DNA from: Gemmatimonadales bacterium
GTDB lineage: Bacteria; Gemmatimonadota; Gemmatimonadetes; Gemmatimonadales; GWC2-71-9
DNA: 64,000 nt
Direction: 5' to 3'
Assembly: GCA_044866195.1 (NCBI GenBank)
Contig: JBIOTT010000024.1
Span: forward strand, 4,849-68,848
In this document: positions 45,433-55,528 of the stretch, piece after piece
Layout of the letters: every line of letters begins with the position of its first letter
How positions within the stretch are numbered: position 1 is the first letter of the stretch
Notes under the pieces: generated by a model
The model's database searches: none
Seen by the model: the letters and a program-made list of their open reading frames with translations, nothing else
What the model was told of the DNA's origin: nothing
Translations under genes and position numbers: made by a program

Positions 45433-45570
45433 AGCGGGCAGCTAATCCGCTATCCGCTATCCGCTAGCCGCCAAGGCACGAGGATCTCGGCCGCTCGGAG
45501 ATGCCTGCGCGCGAACGGATAGCAGCGGATGGCGGATAGCGGATAGCCGATAGCGGGGTAGCGGCCAGCT
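45433..45570. repeat. Long imperfect inverted repeat built from atccgct/agcggat heptamers (recX-alaS intergenic)
   Basis: Arms 45433-45472 and 45531-45570 give ~34 of 40 positions paired by hand. The 58-nt loop contains a nested hairpin (ggca..atctc/gagatgcc). The recX stop codon lies in the right arm. Confidence 0.8.
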
Positions 45571-46186
45571 ACCCAAGCACCCCTGCCACTGCCTCGAGCG
45601 CCTCCCGGCCGCCGAACCCTCGCCGCGCGAGATAGGCCAGCAGTCGGCGACGCTTCACCGGCCGCGGCAGGCCCTCCAGCTGGGCGGCACGCTTGGCGGC
45701 GAGTGCCGCCGGAAGCGCGCGGCGGTCGGTGTCGGCGGGCCACTGCTCGGCGATGGCCGTATCGATGCAGCCGCGGGCAACCCCCAACATGCTCAGGTCT
45801 CGGGCCAGGCGGGCCGGCCCGCGACCGCGCTCGGCTCGCGTGGCCACGTAGTGGCGGGCGAACGCCAAGTCGTCCAGCAGCCCCGCACGCTCCGCCCGGG
45901 TCAATGCAGCTTCGACCGCCTCGGCAGCCAGGCCCCGCCGCTGCAAGCGCCGGCCCAGATCCACCCGTGCGTGGGGACGGCGCTCCAGCGCGCGGAGCAC
46001 GGTGCGATAGGCGGCTTCGATATCGGCGGCCCGGGCCAGCCGCTCACTGGCCGGCCCATCGAGCGCCTGGCCCGATCCGAGCCCCGCAACCGCATCGCGA
46101 TCGACCGTGGCGAACGGCCGGCCCTCTACCAGCACCCGCACGCTGCCCGGGCGGCGAGGATCGGCCTCGATCGCGGTGACGATCAC
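45569..46186 (-). CDS. recX: Recombination regulator RecX
   Basis: RecX helical repeats ([29 protein letters not shown]...FARHYV). GTG start at 46186 (GTGA overlap with the recA stop). Confidence 0.85.
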   Translation of the reverse strand: MIVTAIEADPRRPGSVRVLVEGRPFATVDRDAVAGLGSGQALDGPASERLARAADIEAAYRTVLRALERRPHARVDLGRRLQRRGLAAEAVEAALTRAERAGLLDDLAFARHYVATRAERGRGPARLARDLSMLGVARGCIDTAIAEQWPADTDRRALPAALAAKRAAQLEGLPRPVKRRRLLAYLARRGFGGREALEAVAGVLG

Positions 46187-47226
46187 TCCTCCTCCACCCC
46201 GACTCCCGCAGCGGCCGCCTTCATGCCGAGCACTTCCTTCACCTTGGCTTCGACTTCGGTCTGGAGCGCCGGATTGTCCCGCAGGAAGAGCTTCGCATTC
46301 TCCCGGCCCTGCCCGATACGCTGGTCGCCGTAGGAGTACCACGCCCCCGACTTCTGGATGATGTTCGCCTCCGCGGCGAGATCCACCAGCAGGGCGGTGT
46401 GGCTAATGCCCTCGTCGAACATCACGTCGAACTCGGCCTGACGGAACGGCGGCGCCACCTTATTTTTGACGACCTTCACCCGCACGTGGCTCCCGATCAC
46501 CGCCTCACGCTCCTTCACCGGCCCGATGCGCCGGATGTCGAGCCGCAGCGACGCGTAGAACTTGAGCGCCTTGCCGCCGGTGGTGGTCTCCGGATTGCCG
46601 AACATGACACCGATCTTTTCGCGCAGCTGATTGATGAAGACGACCGCGCAGTTGGAGCGGTTGATCGCACCCGCGAGCTTCCGGAGTGCCTGGCTCATGA
46701 GCCGGGCCTGCAGCCCCACGTGGCTGTCACCCATCTCGCCTTCGATTTCCGCCTTGGGCACGAGGGCGGCGACCGAATCGACGATGACGAGATCCACCGC
46801 CCCGGAGCGCACCAGAATCTCCACGATCTCGAGCGCCTGCTCGCCGGTGTCGGGCTGCGAGACCAGCAGGTTCTCGATATCGACGCCCAGCTTCTTGGCG
46901 TACTCGATGTCGAGTGCGTGCTCGGCGTCGACATAGGCCGCGACACCACCCGCCCGCTGCACGTTGGCGACCAAGTGGAGCGAGAGGGTTGTTTTGCCGG
47001 ACGACTCGGGGCCGTAGATCTCGGTGATGCGGCCCCGGGGCACGCCTCCGATCCCGGTGGCGGCATCGAGGTTGATGGCGCCGGTGGGGATCGCCGCCAC
47101 CCGGACCCGCGGCGACTCGGCGCCCATCCGCATGATGGAGCCCTTGCCGAGCTGCTTTTCGATCTGCGAGATGGCGAGGCCCAGCGCCTTGCGGCGATCG
47201 GCGTCGAGTCGAGTCTCTTCGGCCAT
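46183..47226 (-). CDS. recA: Recombinase RecA
   Basis: [22 protein letters not shown], Walker [10 protein letters not shown], and [38 protein letters not shown]. Start re-picked at ATG 47226 with a GAGG RBS. Confidence 0.97.
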   Translation of the reverse strand: MAEETRLDADRRKALGLAISQIEKQLGKGSIMRMGAESPRVRVAAIPTGAINLDAATGIGGVPRGRITEIYGPESSGKTTLSLHLVANVQRAGGVAAYVDAEHALDIEYAKKLGVDIENLLVSQPDTGEQALEIVEILVRSGAVDLVIVDSVAALVPKAEIEGEMGDSHVGLQARLMSQALRKLAGAINRSNCAVVFINQLREKIGVMFGNPETTTGGKALKFYASLRLDIRRIGPVKEREAVIGSHVRVKVVKNKVAPPFRQAEFDVMFDEGISHTALLVDLAAEANIIQKSGAWYSYGDQRIGQGRENAKLFLRDNPALQTEVEAKVKEVLGMKAAAAGVGVEEE

Positions 47227-47282
47227 TGGGACGACCTCGATATAAACGTGGATGATTTTGCTACACCTGAGTACTGCCAACC

Positions 47283-47311
47283 AAGATATTACCGAATACT
47301 TCCCGAATCAA
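47283..47311 (-). promoter_or_regulatory. Candidate sigma70-type promoter of recA
   Basis: On the minus strand, TTGATT-17 nt-TATCTT, ~55 nt upstream of the recA ATG. This is pattern only. Confidence 0.35.
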
Positions 47312-47353
47312 GAGGTTTCTACTGGCTGATTTTGCACCATAATGGGTTTTTCA

Positions 47354-47461
47354 CCACGGAGGCACGGAGGCACAGAGCACGATCGATGTGGCTTCGCGAG
47401 CCGCGATCTCAAGCCCCAGGCCACCACCCCAAACCACCTCTGTGCCTCCGTGCCTCCGTGG
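47354..47461. repeat. 108-bp element with perfect 24-bp terminal inverted repeats (MITE-like or I-shaped terminator)
   Basis: ccacggaggcacggaggcacagag (47354-47377) is the exact reverse complement of 47438-47461, with a 60-nt spacer. TTTTCA is present immediately on both sides (47348-47353 and 47462-47467). Confidence 0.7.
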
Positions 47462-47503
47462 TTTTCAGTTTCTGCCTTTTCTGCCTTTGCGGCTGACGCT
47501 TTG

Positions 47504-47902
47504 TCATACCCTCCATGCGTCCTGCAGGTGCTCCACCGCCGGCTCGCCCGAAGCACCCTCCCATACGCTCACCACGTCGAACCGGTATCCGTCGTTTGCC
47601 CGGCCGAACCGCGACTGCCAGCAGGCGGCGACCCGCGCCAGGATTGCCTGCTTCCGGGCGCTGACGGCTTCGGCCGGTGCGCCACAGCGGGCGCTCTTTC
47701 GGGTTTTCACTTCGACGAAAGCAATCAGGCGGCCGCGACGGGCCACCAGATCGAGATCGTGCCGGCCGAAGCGGAACCGATGGGCTTCGATCTCCCAGCC
47801 GCAGGAGACCAGATATGCGAGCGCCACCAGCTCGCCCCGCAAGCCACGAATGTGGCGGCGATCGGTCCATTGGGCGGCGGGAACAAACGACGGATCAGGC
47901 AT
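47504..47902 (-). CDS. yraN: YraN family (UPF0102) endonuclease-like protein
   Basis: GELVALAYLVSCGWEIEAHRFRFGRHDLDLVARRGRLIAFVEVKTR. Confidence 0.8.
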   Translation of the reverse strand: MPDPSFVPAAQWTDRRHIRGLRGELVALAYLVSCGWEIEAHRFRFGRHDLDLVARRGRLIAFVEVKTRKSARCGAPAEAVSARKQAILARVAACWQSRFGRANDGYRFDVVSVWEGASGEPAVEHLQDAWRV

Positions 47903-47976
47903 GCAGCGAAACTAGGAAAGCACCGTGGGGGGCGGCCCATCCAATCCGCGCGGGCCAGCGCCGAATCATCGGCGAC

Positions 47977-49080
<1,104 letters not shown>

Positions 49081-49102
49081 GAGTGGGCGCTCGATGATAC
49101 GG

Positions 49103-52100
49103 CTATCGGCCCGCCGGTGTCCGGGCGGCGCTGCTCCGGGTCGCACCTGCCCGGATCGCCCGCTGCAGGCGCCGGCGCCGCCGCTCGGCTCTGGAGGCCC
49201 GTGGGGCCGCCGCTGTGACGCTCACGGGCACTCGCTCCTGGAGCAGCAGCTCCACGGCCTGCACGCTGCGCGAGGCGTGGAACCATCGCTGAAACGGCTC
49301 GTCGGCCAGCGTGTTGGCGAGCGCCACCAGGCTCATACCCTGGTGGTGCGCCATCCAGGTGCGAATGAGCTCCGGCGCGCTCTTGGCGGCCCCGCCGGCC
49401 CCGTAGTCGGCTGCCTCGAAGAACCCGTACTTCCCCACCCAGCCGAGGCGGGCCATGCGGAAGAGGTTCGCGAGGGCAGACTCGCGGGCGACTCCAAGCG
49501 CCAAGCAGACCGCGTACGGCGCCACTACCAGCCGGTTGTCCCCATCGAGCCGCAGCCTGAGACTGGGCACTCCAAACGCGTGGTACTGATAGCTGCCGGC
49601 GGCGTCACGCACGGCATAGGCGGATTCCGAGATGCCCCAGGGCACCCCATGCCGGTCGGCGTAGCGCGCTTGGGCCACGACTGCTGCACGGGCACTGCGT
49701 TGGAGCAGGGTGTGAGGATAGCCGCGCATCCACAGGGTCGGCATGAGATACTCGAACATCGTGCCGCTCCAGGACAGGATCGCACTGGTGCCCGCGATGC
49801 TGACCAGCGGACGCCCGCTGCGGAACCAGCTCTCGACCGGCACGTCGCCCTTGGCGATGGCGATGAATGCGGCCAATCGCGCCTCCGATGCGAGCAGGTC
49901 GTAGCAGGTGGGCAGCCGTTCCCCCCGCTCGGCGTCGAGACCGATGCTGAGCAGCCGGCGCTTGGGGTCGAACAGCGGTCGGAAATCCATCTCGCTCACC
50001 AACCGGTCGGCCGAGTCCGCCAACGCGTCGAAGCTCGCCAGCAGGTCCTGATGCGCGGCCCGCACGTCTCTCAGTCGTCGCTGCACCGCCGGATCGAGCT
50101 CGCCCGCAGCGCCCTCGGCCAGACCTGCGAGCTGACTCACCAGGTTCTGGGGCACGAGCTCATGGGGCTTGGGCAGCGCGAGGCCGCGGAAGGTCTCGCG
50201 CTCCTCAGCTCCGAGCCATGGTGCATACCGCTCGATCAGCTCGCCGACCGCGTGGAGGCGTTCCTGGACGTCCGCCAATCCCGTGGCTTTCGCGGTTCGC
50301 TCGAGGGCTGGGAGATCGGCCAGCCATGCAGCGCCATCCTCCCCATAGACTGCCACCCGTTCGCGGAGCGGGGCAGCGGCGGGCCCTGCCTGGTTGAGCG
50401 TATCCCGGAGGCCCTGCCAAATGGCCGGCGAGAGCAACGGGCGACGGGCCATTTCCCGGGCTGCCGCGGCAAGGGTCCAGCTGCAGACGGCGAGATTGCC
50501 GCTGTCCACGGTCGAGATGAAGCGCGGCGGCAGCGGGGCTCCGGTGCGGGTGTCGTACCAGTTGAGCAGGTGCCCGTGTGATCGTTCCAGCCGCTCGATG
50601 GCTTCCAGCGTCGCCCGGCTCCCCGCCACCGCTTCAGGGACGGTGAGGTAGCCCAGCTCAAGCGCCGCCAACCGGGCGTTCAGCAGGAGCCCGATATTGG
50701 TGGGAGAGGTGCGGTGCGCCACCAGGGCCGGCTCGACCTGTACGTTGTCGGGCACCAGCCAGCCGTGCTCGGCACCTCCATAGTCCCGGAAGAACCACCA
50801 GGTCTCGAGGGCAAGCCCGCGCAGAAAGTGCCAGGCGGCCGGTGACAGCTCCGGTCCGGCAGCGCGGGCGGCCCGGTTGAGCCACTGGGCCAGCGGCTTC
50901 GAGGCGGCCCAAAGGGCCAGGATCGGAGCTGCGATCGGCAGCGAGGAAGGGCTGAACACGGTGATCGTCATCGCCATAAGCACCACCAGGAGCGGCATCG
51001 CGTCCAGGTACGCGTCGATCGCCGTGCGCCGGGTCCGGTCGGTCTCGACCTGCGCCGCCGTTTCCCACTCGAGGAGTTTTCGCTTGGTGATGAGGGTCCG
51101 CACCAGCGAGCGCACCACCGCATCGATCAGGACCAGCGTCTGGTGGGCCAGGAACGCGAGGTGCAGCAGAATGCCCGCATGAGCGCGCACAAGCCCGTCG
51201 AAGGCGGCGCGCACGCTCGGGAGGATGCCGCTCAGGCGCCGAATCCGCAGGAGATCGAGCCCGAACAGCGCGTACGGCGGCAGCGCGATGAGCGCGAGCG
51301 TGACCAGCGTCCACTGAGTCGCGGTGCCCACCAAGATGAGCCAGCCAGCCACGAGCAGCACGAACGTGTGTGGCTCCAGCGCGCTGCGCCGGAGATTGTC
51401 CTGGATCTTCCAGCGGGAGAGGCCACTGATGGGGTTGGGGATCGACCGATTGTAGTAATCCGGCACCCGCGGAAGCAGCCACCACACCGTCTGCCAGTCG
51501 CCCCGGACCCAGCGGTGCTTCCGGCGGTTGTAGGCCGAGTAGTGGGAGGGATAATCGTCGATGATCTCGATGTCGGACGCGAGACCGGCCCGGGCATACG
51601 CGCCCTCCATGAGGTCATGGCTGAGCAGCGCGTTGACCGGGAAGCGGTGCTCGAGCACGGCCCGGAGCACATCGACCTCGTAGATGGCCTTGCCGGTGAA
51701 GGTGCCTTCCCGGAACAGGTCCTGGTACACGTCGGACACCGCCCGGGTGTAGACGTCGATGCCGGTCTGGCCCGAGTAGATGCTCGCGAGGCGCGACCGG
51801 AGCGCCGACGTAACGCTCACGCCGACCCGTGGCTGTATGATGCCGTACCCCTCGACCACGATGTTGCGGCGCGGATCGATGACTGCCTGGTTGAGCGGAT
51901 GGGCGATGGTTCCCGCCAATCGATGGGCCGTCCCGGGGGGGAGCTGGGTGTCGGCATCCAGGGTGATGACGTACGCGATCCGGGGCAGCAGCGACAGCGC
52001 GCCGCGCTTGATCGGAAAGCTGTCCTGGTCGGCCCGGAGCAGCCGGTTGAGGTCCAGCAGCTTCCCGCGCTTCCGCTCCCAACCCATCCACGCCTGTTCG

Positions 52101-53452
52101 CCCGGGTTGTACACCCCATAGCGGTGGAAAAGGAAGAAGCTCCCCCGGCCTTCCGCGGCGTACTTGAGGTTGAGCCCGTCGATCAGCTCCGCTACCAGCT
52201 CCACCAGGGGATTGTCGGGGTGGGGCGGCTCCGGCGAGTCTGGGAGATCGGTGATCAGGGCGAAGTGCAGATTTGGATCGCGGTTGGCGAGGAAGCGCAC
52301 TTCGAGCTCGTTCACCAGAGTTCGCACCTGCTCGGGGTCGAGGAGCAAGGTGGGCACCGCCACCATGGTCGCGCACCCGTCCGGAATCCCGGCCGAGAAA
52401 TCGAGCTTGGGGAGTGGCCGGGGCGGCACCAGAAAAGTCGCCAGCCCATTCATGATCTCCACGGCCGCCTGAACCGCGAGCGGCACCAGCAGGAGGGCGC
52501 CCAGCAGGGAGGCGAAGTAGCGGCCCAGCTGGAGCTGTACCAGTCCGACCAGAACCGCCGACAGCAATACCACGCCGCCCATGTAGAACGCCGCCGGTGC
52601 GGCCAATACCAGCTCGGTCACCCACTGCCGGGGCGGGGGACGGTACCCGATCCGGTGCCGAAGCTCCACCACGCCTCGATCGAGGAGATAGTAGCCGACG
52701 TGCGCGCGGCGGGCCTGCATCCGCGCGTCGGACACCGGCCGATTGGCCGCGTCGCGAGCCAGCACCAGGGCGGCCTCCGCGACGCTCACTTCGGCCATCC
52801 CGGTGCGTGCGGCCAATTGTTCGACCTCACCCTGACAGAGATCGCGACTCTCGGGATCCATCTTCGAGTAGGCACCGGCGGGATCCTGCCGGAGCACACG
52901 CTCCACGACGCTCAGGGTTTCGACTACATCGCGCCAGGGCGTATCGCCGACCGTCCGCAGGCTCGCTAGCAACGGCGGCAGCCGCGTCGGATCGTCCCCG
53001 GCCGCCACCGAGGCGATCCGCTCGAGCAGCTGGAGCTGGAGCATCGGCCGCACGGCCCAGAGCTCGCGCAGCTCCAGCGGTCGCGGGTCCTGGGCCCCAT
53101 CGGCGAACGCAAGGAACTCCTGCACCGCGAAGACGTCGCCGGCGGCCGCGAGATAGGCACCGGCGAGGACGTAGACCCAGGACAAGGCCTCCCGCCCCGC
53201 CGCTACGTGGGGCACTCGGCTCAACCGGGTGGCGGCATGGCGACATTCGGCGAGCGACTCCTGCAGCAGCTGGGTGGCATCTGCGACCAGCTCTGCGGCG
53301 GGCGACGACTCCCGCGCCGCGGAGCGCAGCGCGTCGGCCGCGTCGTGCCACGCCTGGGCCGTGTGGGGGGCCCGGCGCGGCGACCGGTCTACGACGCGCC
53401 AGCGCGCGGCCACGGCGGCTCCGGCCGCCCGGAGTTGCGACTCGGTCTTCAT
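49103..53452 (-). CDS. Cyclic beta-1,2-glucan synthase-like protein (GT84 domain plus glucoamylase-like (alpha/alpha)6 domain, no GH94 domain)
   Basis: ITLDADTQLPPG, RRKHRWVRGDWQ, VAHRTSPTNIGLLL, GHLLNWYDTRTGAPL...STVDSGNL, SWSGTMFEYLMP, PWGISESAY and MAHHQGM. Start ATG 53452 (ATGA overlap). ~1449 aa. Confidence 0.85.
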   Translation of the reverse strand: MKTESQLRAAGAAVAARWRVVDRSPRRAPHTAQAWHDAADALRSAARESSPAAELVADATQLLQESLAECRHAATRLSRVPHVAAGREALSWVYVLAGAYLAAAGDVFAVQEFLAFADGAQDPRPLELRELWAVRPMLQLQLLERIASVAAGDDPTRLPPLLASLRTVGDTPWRDVVETLSVVERVLRQDPAGAYSKMDPESRDLCQGEVEQLAARTGMAEVSVAEAALVLARDAANRPVSDARMQARRAHVGYYLLDRGVVELRHRIGYRPPPRQWVTELVLAAPAAFYMGGVVLLSAVLVGLVQLQLGRYFASLLGALLLVPLAVQAAVEIMNGLATFLVPPRPLPKLDFSAGIPDGCATMVAVPTLLLDPEQVRTLVNELEVRFLANRDPNLHFALITDLPDSPEPPHPDNPLVELVAELIDGLNLKYAAEGRGSFFLFHRYGVYNPGEQAWMGWERKRGKLLDLNRLLRADQDSFPIKRGALSLLPRIAYVITLDADTQLPPGTAHRLAGTIAHPLNQAVIDPRRNIVVEGYGIIQPRVGVSVTSALRSRLASIYSGQTGIDVYTRAVSDVYQDLFREGTFTGKAIYEVDVLRAVLEHRFPVNALLSHDLMEGAYARAGLASDIEIIDDYPSHYSAYNRRKHRWVRGDWQTVWWLLPRVPDYYNRSIPNPISGLSRWKIQDNLRRSALEPHTFVLLVAGWLILVGTATQWTLVTLALIALPPYALFGLDLLRIRRLSGILPSVRAAFDGLVRAHAGILLHLAFLAHQTLVLIDAVVRSLVRTLITKRKLLEWETAAQVETDRTRRTAIDAYLDAMPLLVVLMAMTITVFSPSSLPIAAPILALWAASKPLAQWLNRAARAAGPELSPAAWHFLRGLALETWWFFRDYGGAEHGWLVPDNVQVEPALVAHRTSPTNIGLLLNARLAALELGYLTVPEAVAGSRATLEAIERLERSHGHLLNWYDTRTGAPLPPRFISTVDSGNLAVCSWTLAAAAREMARRPLLSPAIWQGLRDTLNQAGPAAAPLRERVAVYGEDGAAWLADLPALERTAKATGLADVQERLHAVGELIERYAPWLGAEERETFRGLALPKPHELVPQNLVSQLAGLAEGAAGELDPAVQRRLRDVRAAHQDLLASFDALADSADRLVSEMDFRPLFDPKRRLLSIGLDAERGERLPTCYDLLASEARLAAFIAIAKGDVPVESWFRSGRPLVSIAGTSAILSWSGTMFEYLMPTLWMRGYPHTLLQRSARAAVVAQARYADRHGVPWGISESAYAVRDAAGSYQYHAFGVPSLRLRLDGDNRLVVAPYAVCLALGVARESALANLFRMARLGWVGKYGFFEAADYGAGGAAKSAPELIRTWMAHHQGMSLVALANTLADEPFQRWFHASRSVQAVELLLQERVPVSVTAAAPRASRAERRRRRLQRAIRAGATRSSAARTPAGR

Positions 53453-55350
53453 CGGTAGCTCGAGGCCTGCAACTCGAACATTTCGGCGTAGCGCCCGCCC
53501 TGCTGAACCAGGGCATCGTGGCTCCCGTCTTCCACGATGCGCCCGCCGGCGAGGACCAGGATCCGGTCGCACATCCGCACGGTCGAAAACCGGTGGGAGA
53601 TCAGCAACGCCGTTCGCCCGTGGGTCAGCTCGGCAAACCGCTGGAAGACCTCGTACTCGGTGCGCGCGTCGAGCGCGGCCGTGGGCTCGTCCAGGACCAG
53701 CACCTGAGAATCCCGCAGGTAGGCGCGGGCCAGAGCGATCTTCTGCCACTCTCCGCCCGAGAGGTCGAGGCCGCCGTCGAACCGCCGTCCCAAGAGCTGC
53801 TCGTAGCCGCCGGGGAGCCGGCGGATCACCGGCTCCGCCAGGCTCTTTCGAGCCGCGGCCTCGAGCCGGGGCCGGTTGCCGAGGGCGTCGACCTGCCCCA
53901 TGGCAATGTTCTCGGCCGCGGTCATCTCATAGCGCACGAAGTCCTGGAAGATGACCCCGATCTCGCGGTGCAGGTCTGCCAGGTCGTACTCGTGCAGATC
54001 GACACCGTCGAGTGTGATCCGCCCCCTGGTGGGGTCGTAGAGCCGGGTGAGCAGCTTCACGATGGTGGTCTTGCCTTCGCCGTTCTCGCCGACCAGCGCG
54101 ACCCGCTCGCCCGGAGCGATGGCGAACCTGAGACCCTCGAGCACCCAGCGCGCGCCACCGGGGTATCGAAACGACACATCAGCGAACTCGAAGCCGGTCC
54201 GCAGGGGGCGAGGGGCCGGCCGCGCGTTCGGGCCGGACCGCAGCTTGGGCTCGATGGCGAAGAACTCCAGCAGGTCGGAAGCGAATAGGGCTTGGTCGGC
54301 GATCCCCGAGAGGGTGGAGAAGAACGCCTGGAGATTGGCGCTGGCTCCGGCGATCGCGCCGGCCACGAAGGTCAGCGTGCCGACGCTGATCTCCCCCTGG
54401 GCGGCGCGCACGACGACATAGGCATAGGCCCCGTAGTACGCGGCCGTGCTGCCTACGGAGAGCAGCGCGCCCCAGCTAAGCCGCCGACGCGCCAGGGCGA
54501 TGCTCTGCGCATGAATGGCATCCGCCAGCGCGCGGAAGCGCTGGCCCAGAAACTCGGCCAGACCAAACAGCTTGAGCTCCTTGGCCGAGTCCCGGCTGGA
54601 GCCGAGTACGCGGAGATAGTCGAGCTGCCGGCGCACCGGGGTTTGCCGGTAGGCCAGCGCATAGCCCGCGAAGGCGAAATGACTCTCGCCCAGGAACACC
54701 GGCACCACCCCCGCCACCAGCAGCGCCAGGAGCCAGGGCGAGAAGGTCGAGATTCCGATGGCCAGGGTGACCGCGGTCACGGCCTGCTGGAGCATCTGTC
54801 CGACCGAGCGGATCAGACCGACCCGATCGGTGGATTGCACCCGGGCCCGCTCGAGCTTGTCGTGGAACGCCGGATCCTCGTAGGTCGTAAGGTCGAGCCG
54901 GCTGGCGTGTTCCATCACCTTCACACTGACATGACGCACGTACCGATCGGCGAGGACGGCCTCGAAATAGTCGACGGTGCGGGAGATCAAGCTCCCGCCA
55001 AGTGCCAGCGCCAGCTCGAGACCGACCAGCCACCAGAGCGAGGCCGGCATGCCCTCCCCCGCCCCGGCGGCGGCCACGACGCCATCCACGATGCGCTTGG
55101 AGACGGCGAGCATAGCAAGCGGGATCACCGAGGCGACCACGCGTGCTCCCACGACGCCGACGACGGTCCCGGGCCCAGCCTCCCAGACGATGCGGAGCAC
55201 CGGCGGGACGTTGCGCAGCGCGCGCATCCGCTCGCGCCAGGCACTGCGCCCAGTCGAGGTCGTGAGATCGGACGGCGCCGCCGAATTGGAGTCGTTCATC
55301 GGGTCCTGGTCGATGGTTCGAGCGACCGGCTCGCGGTCGGACAGGTTCAT
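53449..55350 (-). CDS. ABC exporter, fused permease/ATPase (MsbA / NdvA-ChvA type)
   Basis: Six-TM N-terminal half. Walker A GENGEGKTT, LSGGEWQKIALARA and LVLDEPTAALD. Start taken at ATG 55350 and is uncertain. Confidence 0.85.
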   Translation of the reverse strand: MNLSDREPVARTIDQDPMNDSNSAAPSDLTTSTGRSAWRERMRALRNVPPVLRIVWEAGPGTVVGVVGARVVASVIPLAMLAVSKRIVDGVVAAAGAGEGMPASLWWLVGLELALALGGSLISRTVDYFEAVLADRYVRHVSVKVMEHASRLDLTTYEDPAFHDKLERARVQSTDRVGLIRSVGQMLQQAVTAVTLAIGISTFSPWLLALLVAGVVPVFLGESHFAFAGYALAYRQTPVRRQLDYLRVLGSSRDSAKELKLFGLAEFLGQRFRALADAIHAQSIALARRRLSWGALLSVGSTAAYYGAYAYVVVRAAQGEISVGTLTFVAGAIAGASANLQAFFSTLSGIADQALFASDLLEFFAIEPKLRSGPNARPAPRPLRTGFEFADVSFRYPGGARWVLEGLRFAIAPGERVALVGENGEGKTTIVKLLTRLYDPTRGRITLDGVDLHEYDLADLHREIGVIFQDFVRYEMTAAENIAMGQVDALGNRPRLEAAARKSLAEPVIRRLPGGYEQLLGRRFDGGLDLSGGEWQKIALARAYLRDSQVLVLDEPTAALDARTEYEVFQRFAELTHGRTALLISHRFSTVRMCDRILVLAGGRIVEDGSHDALVQQGGRYAEMFELQASSYR

Positions 55351-55528
55351 CAATGTAAAGTGGCCGCCGCGTGACGCGGGTGCGGCCCTGCCGTTCGAAT
55401 CTCTTCCCGTTTGCGGGGCGCCCACCTGCGGGCCTACTTCGGCTGGTCTATCGCTCGAGAATTTCGAGTGGAGCCTGGGCGAGGCGAAGCGGTGCGGATG
55501 GCCATCGAAGGGATGCGTTTGGGCCGGT

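Noticed and set aside
47227-47340. Search for a LexA/SOS box upstream of recA
   Set aside because: Only weak partial matches were found (AGTACTCAGGTGT; GAAGTATTC). Nothing matches the E. coli, Gram-positive, alpha-proteobacterial or cyanobacterial consensus well enough to call.
55385-55405. GTTCGAATC, a tRNA T-loop-like word in the intergenic region upstream of the ABC exporter
   Set aside because: Flanking bases cannot form a T-stem, and no acceptor or anticodon arms could be drawn on either strand.
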